Source of the DNA: an uncultured Candidatus Rokubacteria bacterium
GTDB lineage: Bacteria; Methylomirabilota; Methylomirabilia; Rokubacteriales; CSP1-6
Direction of reading: 5' to 3'
Assembly: GCA_963789955.1 (NCBI GenBank)
Contig: CAWBMV010000022.1
Location: forward strand, 128,001 to 192,000
Length of the DNA stretch: 64,000 nucleotides
Shown here one piece after another: positions 30,749 to 41,838 of this stretch. Within the stretch, counting starts at the first letter, position 1. Every line of letters begins with the position of its first letter. The notes below the pieces were generated by a model. That model was given only the letters and a program-made list of their open reading frames with translations. It made no database searches and was not told where the DNA came from. The position numbers and the translations under genes were made by a program.

Positions 30749-32696
30749 GTCCAGCAACCGCGAGCGCACCGAAGCAGCTCAAGAGCGAAACCCCTCACGG
30801 CCGCGCGCCCCGGCGGATTCGCCGGCAAGCTCCTGCGCGTCGACCTCACGCGCCGCAAGTGCTGGGCCGAGCCCTGGGGCCCGGAGCGAATGCGCGAGCA
30901 GCTCGGCGGCGTCGGTCTCGGCGCGATGATCCTCTATCGCGAGACGGCGGCGAAGGGCGGCAAGAAGAACGTCGCGTGGGACCATCCGGACAATCGCCTC
31001 GTGCTGGGCACGGGCCCGCTCGCCGGCCTGCCGGTGTGGGGCACCGGCGGTCTCACCGTGTGCACGATCGGGGCCGGCACCAACGGCCCGACCTCGACGC
31101 AGGCCAACGGATTCTTCGGGACCAATCTCAAGTACTGCGGCTACGACGCGATCATCATCCAGGGGCAGTCGAAGGACTGGGTCTACCTCTACATCAACGA
31201 CGACGTCATCGAGCTTCGCGACGCCAAGTCGTTGATCGGCCTCGACACCTGGGAGACGCAGAACGCGCTCTACCGTGAGACCGGTCTCGTCGGCCATCAG
31301 CTCTCGGTCTACTCGATCGGCCCCGCCGGCGAGAACCTCGTCAAGTTCGCCGCCATCCAGGGCGACTTCGGTCACGTCGCGTCGAAGAACGGCTGCGGCG
31401 CGGTCATGGGCAAGAAGCGGCTCAAGGCGGTCGCGATCGTCAAGGGCACGAAGGCGCTGCGCGCCGCCGATCCGCGCGGGCGTGATGCAGGCCGCCGACG
31501 ACATGTCGCACGATCTCCGGACCGACCCCTCCGCGCGCTCGCTCTACGAGTACGGCACGCTGCCCGGTGTCGTGAACCTGTCCAAGATGGGCGCGCTGCC
31601 GATCAAGAACTACACGACCAACCTGACGTCGAACGTCGCGGGCGCCGACATGGCGGCGTGGGAGGCGCCGAAGCTCCGCGAGAACTTCGACCACCGCGGG
31701 CACCAGTGCAACGCGTGCGGCATGCACCACTGCCACATGTCGGTGATCCGGCACGGCGAGAAGAAGGGCCAGATCGTCGACGAGCCCGAGTACGAGGGCT
31801 GGTCGGGCTGCGGCTGGGCGATCGGCGCGACCGACCGCGACGGCGTCGCCTGGCTCAACACCGAGTGCGACAGCGCGTGCGTCGACGTCAACGAGTGGGG
31901 CTGGCTCTGCGGCTGGGTCATGGAGTGCCAGGAGAAGGGCTACATCACGCGCGAGCAGCTCGGCTTCGAGCTCAAGTGGGGCGATATCAAGGGCGCCGCC
32001 CGTCTCCTGCAGATGGTATCTCGACGCGAAGGCTTCGGTGACGTGCTCGCCGAGGGCGTCAAGCGCGCCGCCGAGAAGCTCGGCGGACCCGCCAAGGACT
32101 GCGCGGTCTACATCGAGAAGGGCGCGACGCCCCGCGGCCACGACCACCGCGCGCGATGGGAGGAGATGCTCGATACGTGCACCTCGTCCACCGCGACGAT
32201 GGAGACGGGCAATCCCGTGCACCCGACGGAGATCGGCCAGCCCGCGCGGATCAATCCCTTCGACGGCGAGCAGGTCGCGAAGTACGTCGCCGGGCTCCGC
32301 GGGCGGCGCAGCTTCGAGGATTCGCTCGGCATCTGCATCTTCACGTCGCGTACCCGGCTCGAGAACATCTGCCGCGCGCTCTCGGCGGCGACGGGCTGGA
32401 CCTTCACGGTCGAGGAAGCGCAGCGCTTCGGGCGGCGCACCGCGATCATCAATCGAGCGACCGCGCTCCGGTGCGGCCACACCGGCGCGATGGAATACCC
32501 GTCGGCCCGGTACGGCTCGACCCCGGTCGACGGGCCCGCGAAGGGGCAGGCCATCCGCGCGCAGTGGGAAAAGATGCTCGACACCTGGTACGCCGAGGTC
32601 GGTTTCGATCGCAAGACGGGCAAGCCGTGGCCGAAAACCCTGAAGGATCTGGGTCTCGACTGGCTCTCGAAGGACCTCTGGGGCAAGAAGTCGTAG
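30745..32696 (+). CDS. Aldehyde ferredoxin oxidoreductase family tungstopterin enzyme; frame breaks near 30795 and 31480
   Basis: GKLLRVDLT, SIGPAGENLV, GAVMGKKRLKAVA, CNACGMHHC, EPEYE, LAEGVKRAA, DSLGIC. Confidence 0.92.
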
Positions 32697-32802
32697 CGCG
32701 CTAGAGCCGTCCCGCGAAGCCCTCCGAGCGGTCGTCCTTGACCCTCTCCGGGTCGGTGTGCTATTTGTTGGCACTTCTTTCGACACGGATCACGGGGGTC
32801 CT

Positions 32803-33688
32803 ATGGCGCAAGTGATTGGATTTATTGGGCTCGGCATCATGGGACGCCCGATGGCCCGTAACCTATTGAAGGCCGGCTACTCCCTGGTGGTCCACAGCCG
32901 GAGCCGGGGGCCGGTCGACGAGATCGCCGGGGCCGGCGCCAAAGCAGGCACCTCGCCGCGGGACGTCGCCGCCCAATGCGACGTGCTGATCACGATGCTG
33001 CCGAACTCACCCGACGTCGAGCAGGTCGTGCTCGGCCGTGACGGCGTGATCGAAGGCGCTCGGCCCGGCATGATCCTCGCTGGACATGTCCACGATCTCT
33101 CCGCTCGTCTCCCAGAAGGTCGGCGCGGCGCTCGCGGCCAAGTCCGTGAAGATGCTCGACGCGCCCGTGTCCGGCGGTGAGAAGGGCGCGATCGACGGCG
33201 CGCTGTCGATCATGGTCGGCGGTGACAAGGCGGTCTTCGACAAGGCCTTGCCGATCTTCCAGGCGATGGGGAAGACGATCACCCACCTCGGGCCGCTCGG
33301 CGCCGGCGGGTTCACCAAGCTCGCGAACCAGATCATCGTCGCGGTCAACCTGACTGCGCTCGGCGAGGCGCTGACCCTGGCCAAGAAAGCGGGGCTCGAC
33401 CGGGAGCTCACCTTGACCGCGCTGGCCGGAGGACTGGCCGGGTCGAAGTGCCTCGACCAGAAGAAGCCGAACTACCTCGCGGACACCTACAACCCGGGCT
33501 TCAAGATCGACCTGCACTACAAGGACCTCGGGCTCATCATGGAATCCGCCCGCGCGCTCGGCGTGCCGTTGCCGACGACGGCGGCGGTCCAGGAGTTGTT
33601 CAGCGCGCTCCGCGTGAAGGGGCGCGGAGGCCTCGATCACTCGGGTGTGATCACCTTGCTGGAAGACCTCGCGGGCCTCTCGAAGTGA
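32803..33688 (+). CDS. 2-hydroxy-3-oxopropionate reductase-like (GarR/GlxR family); frame break near 33078
   Basis: GFIGLGIMGRPMA, ITMLPNSPDV, DAPVSGGE, KLANQIIVA, PGFKIDLHYKDL. Confidence 0.88.
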
Positions 33689-34722
33689 GGGCCACCGTCG
33701 ATCGTGCCGGGCTGGACCCTCAGGGCCGGCTTCCCAAGGTGCAGATCCGTCGAGTTCGCAAGGGCGACCTGTCGAAGGTCCGCGACGTCATGGAGCAGAC
33801 CTTCGGCGATTTCCTCGAGCGCCAGCTGGGCACGCGGCCGCGCCAGGCGTTCGGCGGCGCGCAGTACGTCCACCATCGCTGGCTCATGGAGCCGTGGGGC
33901 TGCTTCGTCGCCGAGGAAGACAGCTCGAAGATCGTCGGCGCCGCGCTCGCGGTGACGTGGGGGACCGTCGGCGTGCTCGGCCCGGTCGCCGTACTGACGA
34001 ACTATCACAATCAGACGATCGGGCAACAGCTCATCCGGGCGGCGCAGGATTTCTTCGACGAGAACAAGGCGACGCTCCACGGCTGCGTGACGTACCCGAC
34101 GAGCCCGAAGCATCTGTACCTCTACCACAAGTTCGGCTACCGGCCCAAGCAGCTGACCGCGATCATGAGCCGGGCGATCGACCGCGGACCGGCCCGCGTG
34201 GCGGCGCTGGCGAAGGCCGGGGTGAAGACGTCGCTGACGGCGCGTCGCTACTCGACGCTCGAAGAAGCGAAGAAGAAAGCCGCGCTCGCCCGGATTCACA
34301 AGATCACCAATGCGGTCTGCCGCGGCATGGATCTGGCCAAGGAGATCGAGATCGTCGAAGGCCTGGCGCTGGGCGACACCTTGCTGCTCGAGCGCGGGCG
34401 CGACCTCATCGGCTTCGCGATCTGCCACACCCCCGGTGTCAGCGAGGCGCCGGTCGGCGCCCTGTACGTGAAGTACCTCGCGATCGATCCGCCGCATCGA
34501 AAGCCCGAGCACCTCGAGCAGTTCGTGACGATCATCGAGGGATTCGGCCAGGAGCTGGGTGTGCAACGGGTGATCCTGCCCGTGTATGCTCGCTACTGGA
34601 CCGCGTACAACGTCCTCATCCAATGCGGATATCAGATCGACTTCACCATGATCCGGATGCAGCGGGGCAAGCAGGAGGACTACGAGGACCCCTCGGACCT
34701 CGTGCTCGACGACTGGCGCTGA
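33685..34722 (+). CDS. GNAT family N-acetyltransferase (tandem GNAT)
   Basis: FVAEED, LGPVAVLTNYHNQTIGQQL, LYHKFGY. Confidence 0.8.
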   Translation: MRATVDRAGLDPQGRLPKVQIRRVRKGDLSKVRDVMEQTFGDFLERQLGTRPRQAFGGAQYVHHRWLMEPWGCFVAEEDSSKIVGAALAVTWGTVGVLGPVAVLTNYHNQTIGQQLIRAAQDFFDENKATLHGCVTYPTSPKHLYLYHKFGYRPKQLTAIMSRAIDRGPARVAALAKAGVKTSLTARRYSTLEEAKKKAALARIHKITNAVCRGMDLAKEIEIVEGLALGDTLLLERGRDLIGFAICHTPGVSEAPVGALYVKYLAIDPPHRKPEHLEQFVTIIEGFGQELGVQRVILPVYARYWTAYNVLIQCGYQIDFTMIRMQRGKQEDYEDPSDLVLDDWR

Positions 34723-35097
34723 CCCGCGTCCTGGCGCGGGCGGCCGCCGCCGCTGCCCTCGTGCTGCTTCTGGCGGCGAGTACCTGAAGCGCACTCACTG
34801 CTCCTCGAGTCGTCGCCCGCCGCGGGCGCGACCCTGAGCGAAGGGCCGCCGCAGATCTCACTGCGCTTCAACAACCGCATCGAGAAGAAGCTCTCGAGCA
34901 TCCGCGTGCTCGACGAGCGGGGCGCATCGCGGCCGGCTACCGTGCTGGCGAGTGACGGCGCCGCCGACCGGCTGACCGCCGCGGTGTCCGCGCTGACGGC
35001 CGGCGCCTGGCGTGTCGAGTGGCAGGTGCTCTCGACGGACGGCCACATCGTCAGCGGTAACTTTTCGTTCCGCGTCGCGCCCTCGGCCAGGCGATGA
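34719..35097 (+). CDS. copC: CopC-like copper-binding protein; frame break near 34783, start uncertain
   Basis: AHSLLLESSPAAG, LRFN, WQVLSTDGHIVSG; signal peptide in the adjacent frame. Confidence 0.8.
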
Positions 35098-36228
35098 GTC
35101 CGGCCAGCCAGCGCCTCGCCGGCCGGGCCACCGTCGAAGGAACGCGGCGCTACGCGGACAAGCTCGCCGGACGACTGGCCGCCGGGCATTTCCGTGAGCT
35201 CGCGGGCGGAGTCGCCGCCTCGACGCTCGGCCTCGGCACCTACCTCGGCCCCGAGGACGGCGCCACGGACGTCCTCTACCAGGACGCCGCGGTTCGCGCC
35301 CTCGAGCTCGGCGTCAACCTCCTCGACACCGCGGTGAACTATCGCCACCAGCGCAGCGAGCGCGCGATCAGGACCGCGCTCGGTATCGCGATCAGTCGAG
35401 GCGTGATCCGTCGCGACGAAGTCGTGGTGGCGACGAAGGGCGGCTTCATTCCATTCGACGGGGCGGTCCCGCGCGATCCGCGCGCCTATTTCGCGGCGAC
35501 ATACGTCGAGACGGGGATCGTCAAGCCGGGCGACGTGGCGAAGGGCGGACACTGCATGACTCCGCGGTACCTTCGCGACCAGATCGACCGTAGCCGCGCC
35601 AATCTCGGCCTCGAGACGCTCGACGTCTACTACATCCACAATCCCGAGACGCAGCTCGGCGAGGTCAGCCGCGCGGAGTTCATGACCCGCATGCGCGCCG
35701 GCGTTCGGCGCGCTCGAGGAGGCGGTCGCGGCGGGGAGCATCGCGCAGTACGGGACCGCGACGTGGACCGGCTATCGCGTGGATCCAGACGATCCCGGCT
35801 ACCTCTCGCTGTCCGATCTCGTCGCCGTCGCCCAGGACGCCGGCGGAGCCGATCACCACTTCAAGGTGATCCAGCTGCCGTACAACCTCGGGATGACCGA
35901 AGCCTTCACCCGCGCGAACCAGCGAGTGAAGGACCGCGTGGTGCCGGTGCTCGAAGCCGCCCGCGAGCACGCGATCGCCGTGGTCGCCTCGGCGTCGCTC
36001 CACCAGGGGCAGCTCACGCGGTTGCCGCCGATGATGGCGGAGTACGTTCCGGGGCTCACGACCGACGCGCAGCGCGCGCTCCAGTTCGTGCGCTCGACGC
36101 CCGGCATCACCGCGGCGCTCGTCGGAATGAAAACACCGGCCCATGTCGACGAAAACGCGACGGTCGGCACGCTCGCGCCGATGGGCTGGGAGCAGTTCCA
36201 GCGCCTGTTCAGCGCGGCGGGCGGCTGA
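35094..36228 (+). CDS. Aldo/keto reductase; frame break near 35705
   Basis: LGLGTYLG, DTAVNYRHQRSE, VATKGG, LDVYYIHNPE, IQLPYN. Confidence 0.9.
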
Positions 36229-36314
36229 TTCCCCGGCCTCGCCGGCCGAGGCGGCGGTGCCCGGTCGTGCCGCAAAACATTGCACAGGGCAACTGCGTCG
36301 GGTAGGGTGAACGG

Positions 36315-36774
36315 GTGATCACGCTCGAGCGTGACCCCACGCGCGCCATCGGAATCCGCCCCGCTGTCTCCGCCGTCATCTTCGACCGACGCGGCCGTCT
36401 CCTGCTCCAGCAGCGCTCCGACGGCGGACAGTGGGGCTTGCCCGGCGGCTCGGTCGAGATCGGGGAGTCGGTGCGCGAGGCCGTCGTGCGTGAAGTGCGC
36501 GAGGAGACCGGATTGACCGTCGCGGCGCGACGGCTGGTCGGCGTGTATTCCGCGCCCGCCCTCCAGCTCGTGCGCTATCCGGATGGCAACGTCTGGCACT
36601 ACGTGAGCATGTGCTTCGAGTGCACGGTGCGCAGCGGGACCTTGCAAATCGTGCGACGAGACCCTGGCGCTCGAGTATTTCCCGTTGCGGCGGCTACCGT
36701 CCACGCTCTTGGCGTACCATCGGGTTCGTATCCGCGACGCGTCCGCTCGCAAGGCCGCGCCGTTCATTCGTTGA
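36315..36774 (+). CDS. NUDIX hydrolase; frame break near 36648
   Basis: Nudix box GGSVEIGESVREAVVREVREETG. Confidence 0.9.
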
Positions 36775-36790
36775 GGGGGAAAGACGCCTG

Positions 36791-37538
36791 ATGCGACGCA
36801 TCCACCACGTCGGCATCGTCGTGAACCGGCTGCAGGACGCCTACCGTTTCTACCGCGACACGCTGGGGCTTCCGCTCATCAAGGAAGCGACGATCTCCGA
36901 CCAGCACGTGCGCGCCGCGCTGCTCGGCGCCGGCGAGAGCGAGATCGAGCTTCTCGAGCCCCTGGACTCCACGTCGGGCATCGGACGTTTTCTGGCGCGG
37001 CGAGGTGAAGGGCTCCATCACCTCTGCTTCGATACACCCGACATCGTCAAGACGCTGACCTCGCTCAAGGAAATGCGGCGTCGAGCTGCTCGACGCGGCG
37101 CCGCGGGCCGGACTCGCCGGCCAGATCGCGTTCGTCCACCCGAAGGCGTGCTGCGGCGTCCTCGTCGAGCTGGCCACGCCGTCGGCGACCACGGCTGACG
37201 TGCCGTCACCGGTCCGGCTCAAGCGCCTCGTGGTCGGCGCGGCCGACGTCCGTCGCGCCAGCGACGTGCTGCGCTCGCTGTTCGGGCTCGAGGAGGTCGC
37301 GATGAACGGCGGTCCGCGCTCGATGCTCGCGGTCGGTCGCGGCGCGGTGCTGGTGGTCCCGGCCGAGGAAGTCGGCGGGATGGAGGGGCTGGTCGCGCTC
37401 TCGATGCTGGCGGAGGATTTCCCCGCGCTGATCGAGGCGTTCACGCGCGCCGGGACCTCGGTGCTGCGCGGCACCGGCGAAGTCACGGTGCAGCCGAGCT
37501 CGAGCCACGGCGTGAACCTGCACATCAGCCGCTACTAG
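36791..37538 (+). CDS. mce: Methylmalonyl-CoA epimerase-like VOC protein with an extra C-terminal VOC-like domain; frame break near 37075
   Basis: IHHVGIVV, EIELLEP, FLARRGEGLHHLC, AFVHPKACCGVLVEL. Confidence 0.75.
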
Positions 37539-37540
37539 GC

Positions 37541-37672
37541 GCGGCAGGCGGTCGATAACGGCCCATCTGCTTCGTTGGCGACTTCGGCTCTCGCTGCGAC
37601 GTATGCGACATACGCCTCGCGCGCGGCCTCAGCCGCTGCCTCGCATCTGAGCCCTTCTCGACCGCCTGCTGC
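37541..37672. mobile_element. MITE-like element of about 132 bp with terminal inverted repeats
   Basis: gcggcaggcggtcga ... tcgaccgcctgctgc, imperfect to about 25 bp; internal hairpin cgtatg-cga-catacg; lies between convergent genes. Confidence 0.7.
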
Positions 37673-37751
37673 GTGCCACCTTCCGAAGAAGCAGGCTCGA
37701 TTCGCGAGAAACAGGCTCGATTCGAGGCGAATCTTGCTCTCGAAGCTCGCG

Positions 37752-39432
37752 TTAGTCGGGACGGCGGATGGCGGCGACCGGGGTGGGGAACTCGTCGGGA
37801 TCGATCGGGATCTCGATGATCGCGGGCGAGTTCTCGGATAGCGCTTTCTGGACGGTATCGCCGACCTGGTCGGGGTGCTCGACGTAGTAGCCGGCGGCAC
37901 CGAACAGGCGAGCGAACTGGTCGTAGCGCGGATTGCCGATGTCGCAGCCGATGTAGCGGCCGGCGTAGAAATGTTTCTGGTACGCCTTCTCCGATCCCCA
38001 GCAGTTGTTGTTCATCACGATCGTCACGACGCCGATGCGGTGCCTGACCGCGGTCTCGATCTCTTGTGAGTTCATCAGGTAGCCGCCGTCGCCGTGGATG
38101 GCGACCACCGGAGCGTCCGGGCGGCCGAGCTTGGCGCCCAGCGCCACCGGAAACGCGAAGCCGAGCCCGCCGAGATCGAGCGGCGTCAGGAACGTGCGCG
38201 GCCGCGCGAAGCTCAGGCGGTCGTATCCGTAGGCCGGCGCGGCCCCCGCGTCGAGCGCCACGATCGTCTCCGGCGGGAGCGCGCGACGCAGCTCCGCGTA
38301 GACTCGCTGCGGCTTCATCGGCGTGACCGAGAGCGCTTCCTCGGACGCGAGCCGCGCCTGGCGCTGCGCGCGGAGCGTCTCGGCTTCCTGAATCCAGGAC
38401 TCATGGCGCGCCGGACCGCCCTCCCGAGCCAGCGCGCCCAGCAGGGCCTGACACGTCTCGCGCGCGTCGGCGTGGATGCCCACGGCCACCGGATAGTAGC
38501 GTCCGATGTCGCGCGCCTCGATGTCGACCTGGATGAGCGCCGTGCCGGCGCGGATGTAGCGGTCGTCGAACTGCGTCGTGAACTGAGCGAGGCGCGAGCC
38601 GATGGCCACGATCACGTCCGCTCTGCGGCACGCCGCGGCCGCCTCGGGCGCGCCGGCGCGGCCGAGCGGGCCGAGATACCAGGGATGCGTGTTGGGAACG
38701 GCGTCGTTCCGGCCGTACGCCGTGATCATGGGGATCCCGTAGCGCTCGCTGAGCTCGACCACCAGCTCGTTGGCGCCGGCGCGGTTCGCGCCTCCGCCGA
38801 CGAGCAGAAGCGGACGCTCGGCCTGCCGGAGGCAGTCGTGCCGCTTCGCGGACGGCATCCGGATGCGGCGGCTGCGCGTGAGTGACCCGGTAGCTTCCGG
38901 GCGACAGGGCCGCCGCCGCCGGGAGCTTGCCGCTCAGCACGTCGCGTGGGATCTCGACGAAGACCGGGCCCGGGCGACCGCTCATCGCCGCGCGGAGCGC
39001 GCCTCGCAGGAGCTCCGGGATGCGCGCCGACTTGTTGATCTGGATCGCCTGCTTCGTCACCGGCCGGAACATGCCGACCAGGTCGTACTCCTGGAACGCG
39101 TCTTTCTGATAGTGATCGAGCGCGATCCCGCCGACGATGACGACGACCGGCGAGTGGGCGACGTGTGCCGCGGCCACGCCGGTGAGGAGATTGGTGGCAC
39201 CGGGTCCGCTCGTCACCAGGCACACGCCGGGCAGGTCGGTGACGCGCGCCAGGCCATCGGCCATGAAGGCCGCGGCCTGCTCGTGGCGGACATTGATGTA
39301 CTCGACGCTCGTGTCGTCGTAGAGCCTGTCGAGGACGTCCAGAAACGTCGAGCCCACAATTCCGAAAATGTGACGAACGCCCTCGGCCTTCAGCAGCTCT
39401 ACGACCGCCCGCCCACCGGTCCAGTCGTCCAT
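37752..39432 (-). CDS. ThDP-dependent enzyme resembling sulfoacetaldehyde acetyltransferase (Xsc); frame break near 38835
   Basis: FGIVGS, RHEQAAAFMADG, SGPGATN, GDGG...NNNCWGSEKAYQKHFY. Confidence 0.85.
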
Positions 39433-39568
39433 GTGCCCGCGCCTCCTGTGCGTCTCCGCGCCGCCTCGTCCGGCGGGCGCGCCACAGGATACCGGCTCAC
39501 CCGCCGTAAACAAAGTCAGACGGCGGGTCGTCGTACGGCCAGATAGTTTCGCAAGGAGGCTTTCCAAT

Positions 39569-40090
39569 ATGAGACGCCTGCAGCGCACGATTGGCATGAT
39601 GGCTTTGCTCCTGCTCGGGATCGGCGTGTCCGCCGCCCAGGCGGAGCCCCAGTTCGCCGGCTCCTGGGTCCTCGACCGTTCCCAGAGCCAGTTTCCCAAG
39701 CACGAGGGCCGGACGCAGACGGCGCCTGACGCTCAGCGTCAACCGCCCCAGGTCACGCTCGTGGTCGCCCAGCAGGGCAATACGCTGAAGGTCACACGGA
39801 CCTTCGTCATGGGTACGCACGAGCGCTCGTCGACCGACCTCGTCGTCGCCGACGGCTCCGACAAGATCGAAACGGGCTACCGCGGTACCGCGACAGTCCG
39901 TTCGGCCTTCGACGGCGACCGCCTGGTCATCACCCATACCCGCACGAAGAAGACCGACCAGGGCGACCAGACCAGGACCCGGCAGTCCGTGTGGACGCTC
40001 TCGCCCGACGGTCGAGTCCTGACGATCGACACCACCATGCACAGCCCGCGTGGCGACCACGCGATGAAGACCGTGTACCAGCGCAGCTGA
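39569..40090 (+). CDS. Secreted beta-rich hypothetical protein
   Basis: SD AAGGAGG; signal peptide; FAGSWVLDRSQS, WTLSPDGRVLT. Confidence 0.75.
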   Translation: MRRLQRTIGMMALLLLGIGVSAAQAEPQFAGSWVLDRSQSQFPKHEGRTQTAPDAQRQPPQVTLVVAQQGNTLKVTRTFVMGTHERSSTDLVVADGSDKIETGYRGTATVRSAFDGDRLVITHTRTKKTDQGDQTRTRQSVWTLSPDGRVLTIDTTMHSPRGDHAMKTVYQRS

Positions 40091-40107
40091 TTCCACAACG
40101 ACCCACC

Positions 40108-40140
40108 AGAGCCGCCCTCCCTCGGGGGCGGCTCTTTCTT
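40108..40140 (+). terminator. Rho-independent terminator
   Basis: agagccgccc-loop-gggcggctct followed by ttctt. Confidence 0.8.
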
Positions 40141-40205
40141 GCTCGCGATCGTCTCCATGAGTTTCTTGTCGCCGATGCCCCGCGACGACTATGCTGCGCT
40201 GGGCG

Positions 40206-41789
40206 ATGATGTCGATCCGGACGGCGGCAACCTCGGGTATTCGGCGACGAGATTTCGTGGCCGGCGGGCTCGCGCTCGGTGTCACGCACGCCGCGCCATC
40301 GTTCGTCCGCCGCCTCGCGGCCCAGCCGCGACTGCCGGGTCCGCCGTTCACGCTCGGTGTCGCCTCCGGCTATCCCACCGCGACAGGCGTGGTGCTCTGG
40401 ACACGCCTGGCTCCGTCGCCGCTCATGCCCGGAGGCGGCATGCCGCCCGAGGTCGTGCCGTGCGAATGGGAAGTGGCGACCGACGAGCGTATGGCGAAAG
40501 TCGTCCAGCGCGGCGTCGCCGCCGCCACACCCGCGTTCGCACACGCGGTCCACGTCGAGGTGGAGAGCCTCGAGCCGGCGCGCTGGTACTGGTATCGATT
40601 TCGCGCCGGCGGTGAGGTGAGTCCGGTCGGCCGGACGCGCACCGCGCCCGTCGCGAGCGAGAACAACGAGCGCCTGCGGTTCGCCTTCGCCTCCTGCCAG
40701 CAATACGAGCAGGGCTACTTCACCGCGTACCGGCACATGGTCGCCGACGACCTCGACCTGATCGTGCACCTCGGCGACTACATCTACGAAGCGTCGTGGG
40801 GTCAAGACCACGTGCGCAAGCACGGCGCCCCGGAGCCGCACACGCTCGACGACTACCGGATCCGGCACGCGCTCTACAAGACCGATCCCGACCTTCGCGC
40901 CGCGCACGCGGCCTGTCCATGGCTCCTCACGTGGGACGATCACGAGGTCCAGAACGACTACGCGAACGACCGCTCGGAGCATCTGGACACGCCGCAGTGG
41001 TTCCTCGAGCGTCGCGCCGCCGCCTACCGTGCGTACTACGAGCACATGCCGTTGCGCCGGCAGATGGTGCCGTACGGGCCGCACATGCGCCTGTTCACCC
41101 GGGCCACGTTCGGCCGGCTGGTGCAATTTCACATGCTCGACGATCGGCAATACCGCTCGCATCAGCCGTGTGCTCCGCCGGGCCGCGGCGGAGCCAACGT
41201 CGTCGAAGATTGCCCGGCGCGGCTCGACCCGCGTCTCACGATGCTCGGCGACGCCCAGGAGCAATGGCTCTCGGCGGGCCTCGACCGGTCGCCGGCGCGC
41301 TGGAACGTGATCGGGCAGCAAACGCTGATGGCCCAGCTCGACCGCAAGCCCGGACCCGGCCAGCAGTTCTGGACCGACGGTTGGGACGGCTATCCCGCGC
41401 CTCGACGGCGCCTGCTCGACTATCTCGGGCAGCGCAAGCCGGCCAATCCGATCGTCATCGGCGGTGACGTGCACTCGTTCTGGGTGGCCGATCTCAAGCC
41501 GGACTTCGACGATCCACGCTCGCCGGTGGTGGCCTCGGAGTTCGTCGGCACCTCGATCACGTCACAGTTCAGGACCCGCCAGGAAAACGTCGACGCGCTG
41601 CTGCCCGACAACCCGCACATTCGACTCGGCAATGGCTCTCGGCGCGGCTACGTGCGCATGGAGATCACGCCGCAGCGGCTGCGCGCCGACCTGCGCACGG
41701 TGCGGAGCGTCACCCGGCCGGGCGCCGAGGCCGACACGCTGGCCACCTTCGTAGTCGAGGACGGACGGCCCGGCGCGGTCCGCGGGTAG
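40206..41789 (+). CDS. phoD: Alkaline phosphatase D (Tat-exported)
   Basis: RRRDFV Tat motif, FTLGVASG, FASCQ, HLGDYIYE, WDDHEV.ND, DDRQYR, DGWDGY, GDVH. Confidence 0.95.
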   Translation: MMSIRTAATSGIRRRDFVAGGLALGVTHAAPSFVRRLAAQPRLPGPPFTLGVASGYPTATGVVLWTRLAPSPLMPGGGMPPEVVPCEWEVATDERMAKVVQRGVAAATPAFAHAVHVEVESLEPARWYWYRFRAGGEVSPVGRTRTAPVASENNERLRFAFASCQQYEQGYFTAYRHMVADDLDLIVHLGDYIYEASWGQDHVRKHGAPEPHTLDDYRIRHALYKTDPDLRAAHAACPWLLTWDDHEVQNDYANDRSEHLDTPQWFLERRAAAYRAYYEHMPLRRQMVPYGPHMRLFTRATFGRLVQFHMLDDRQYRSHQPCAPPGRGGANVVEDCPARLDPRLTMLGDAQEQWLSAGLDRSPARWNVIGQQTLMAQLDRKPGPGQQFWTDGWDGYPAPRRRLLDYLGQRKPANPIVIGGDVHSFWVADLKPDFDDPRSPVVASEFVGTSITSQFRTRQENVDALLPDNPHIRLGNGSRRGYVRMEITPQRLRADLRTVRSVTRPGAEADTLATFVVEDGRPGAVRG

Positions 41790-41838
41790 CCTCCGATGGC
41801 CCACGCGGGACAATAGGGGTACTCTGAAGCCCCGAGCC

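Noticed and set aside
34785..34787. Second selenocysteine TGA near the copC N-terminus
   Set aside because: The mature CopC sequence is in another frame; no Cys-equivalent context or SECIS-like hairpin
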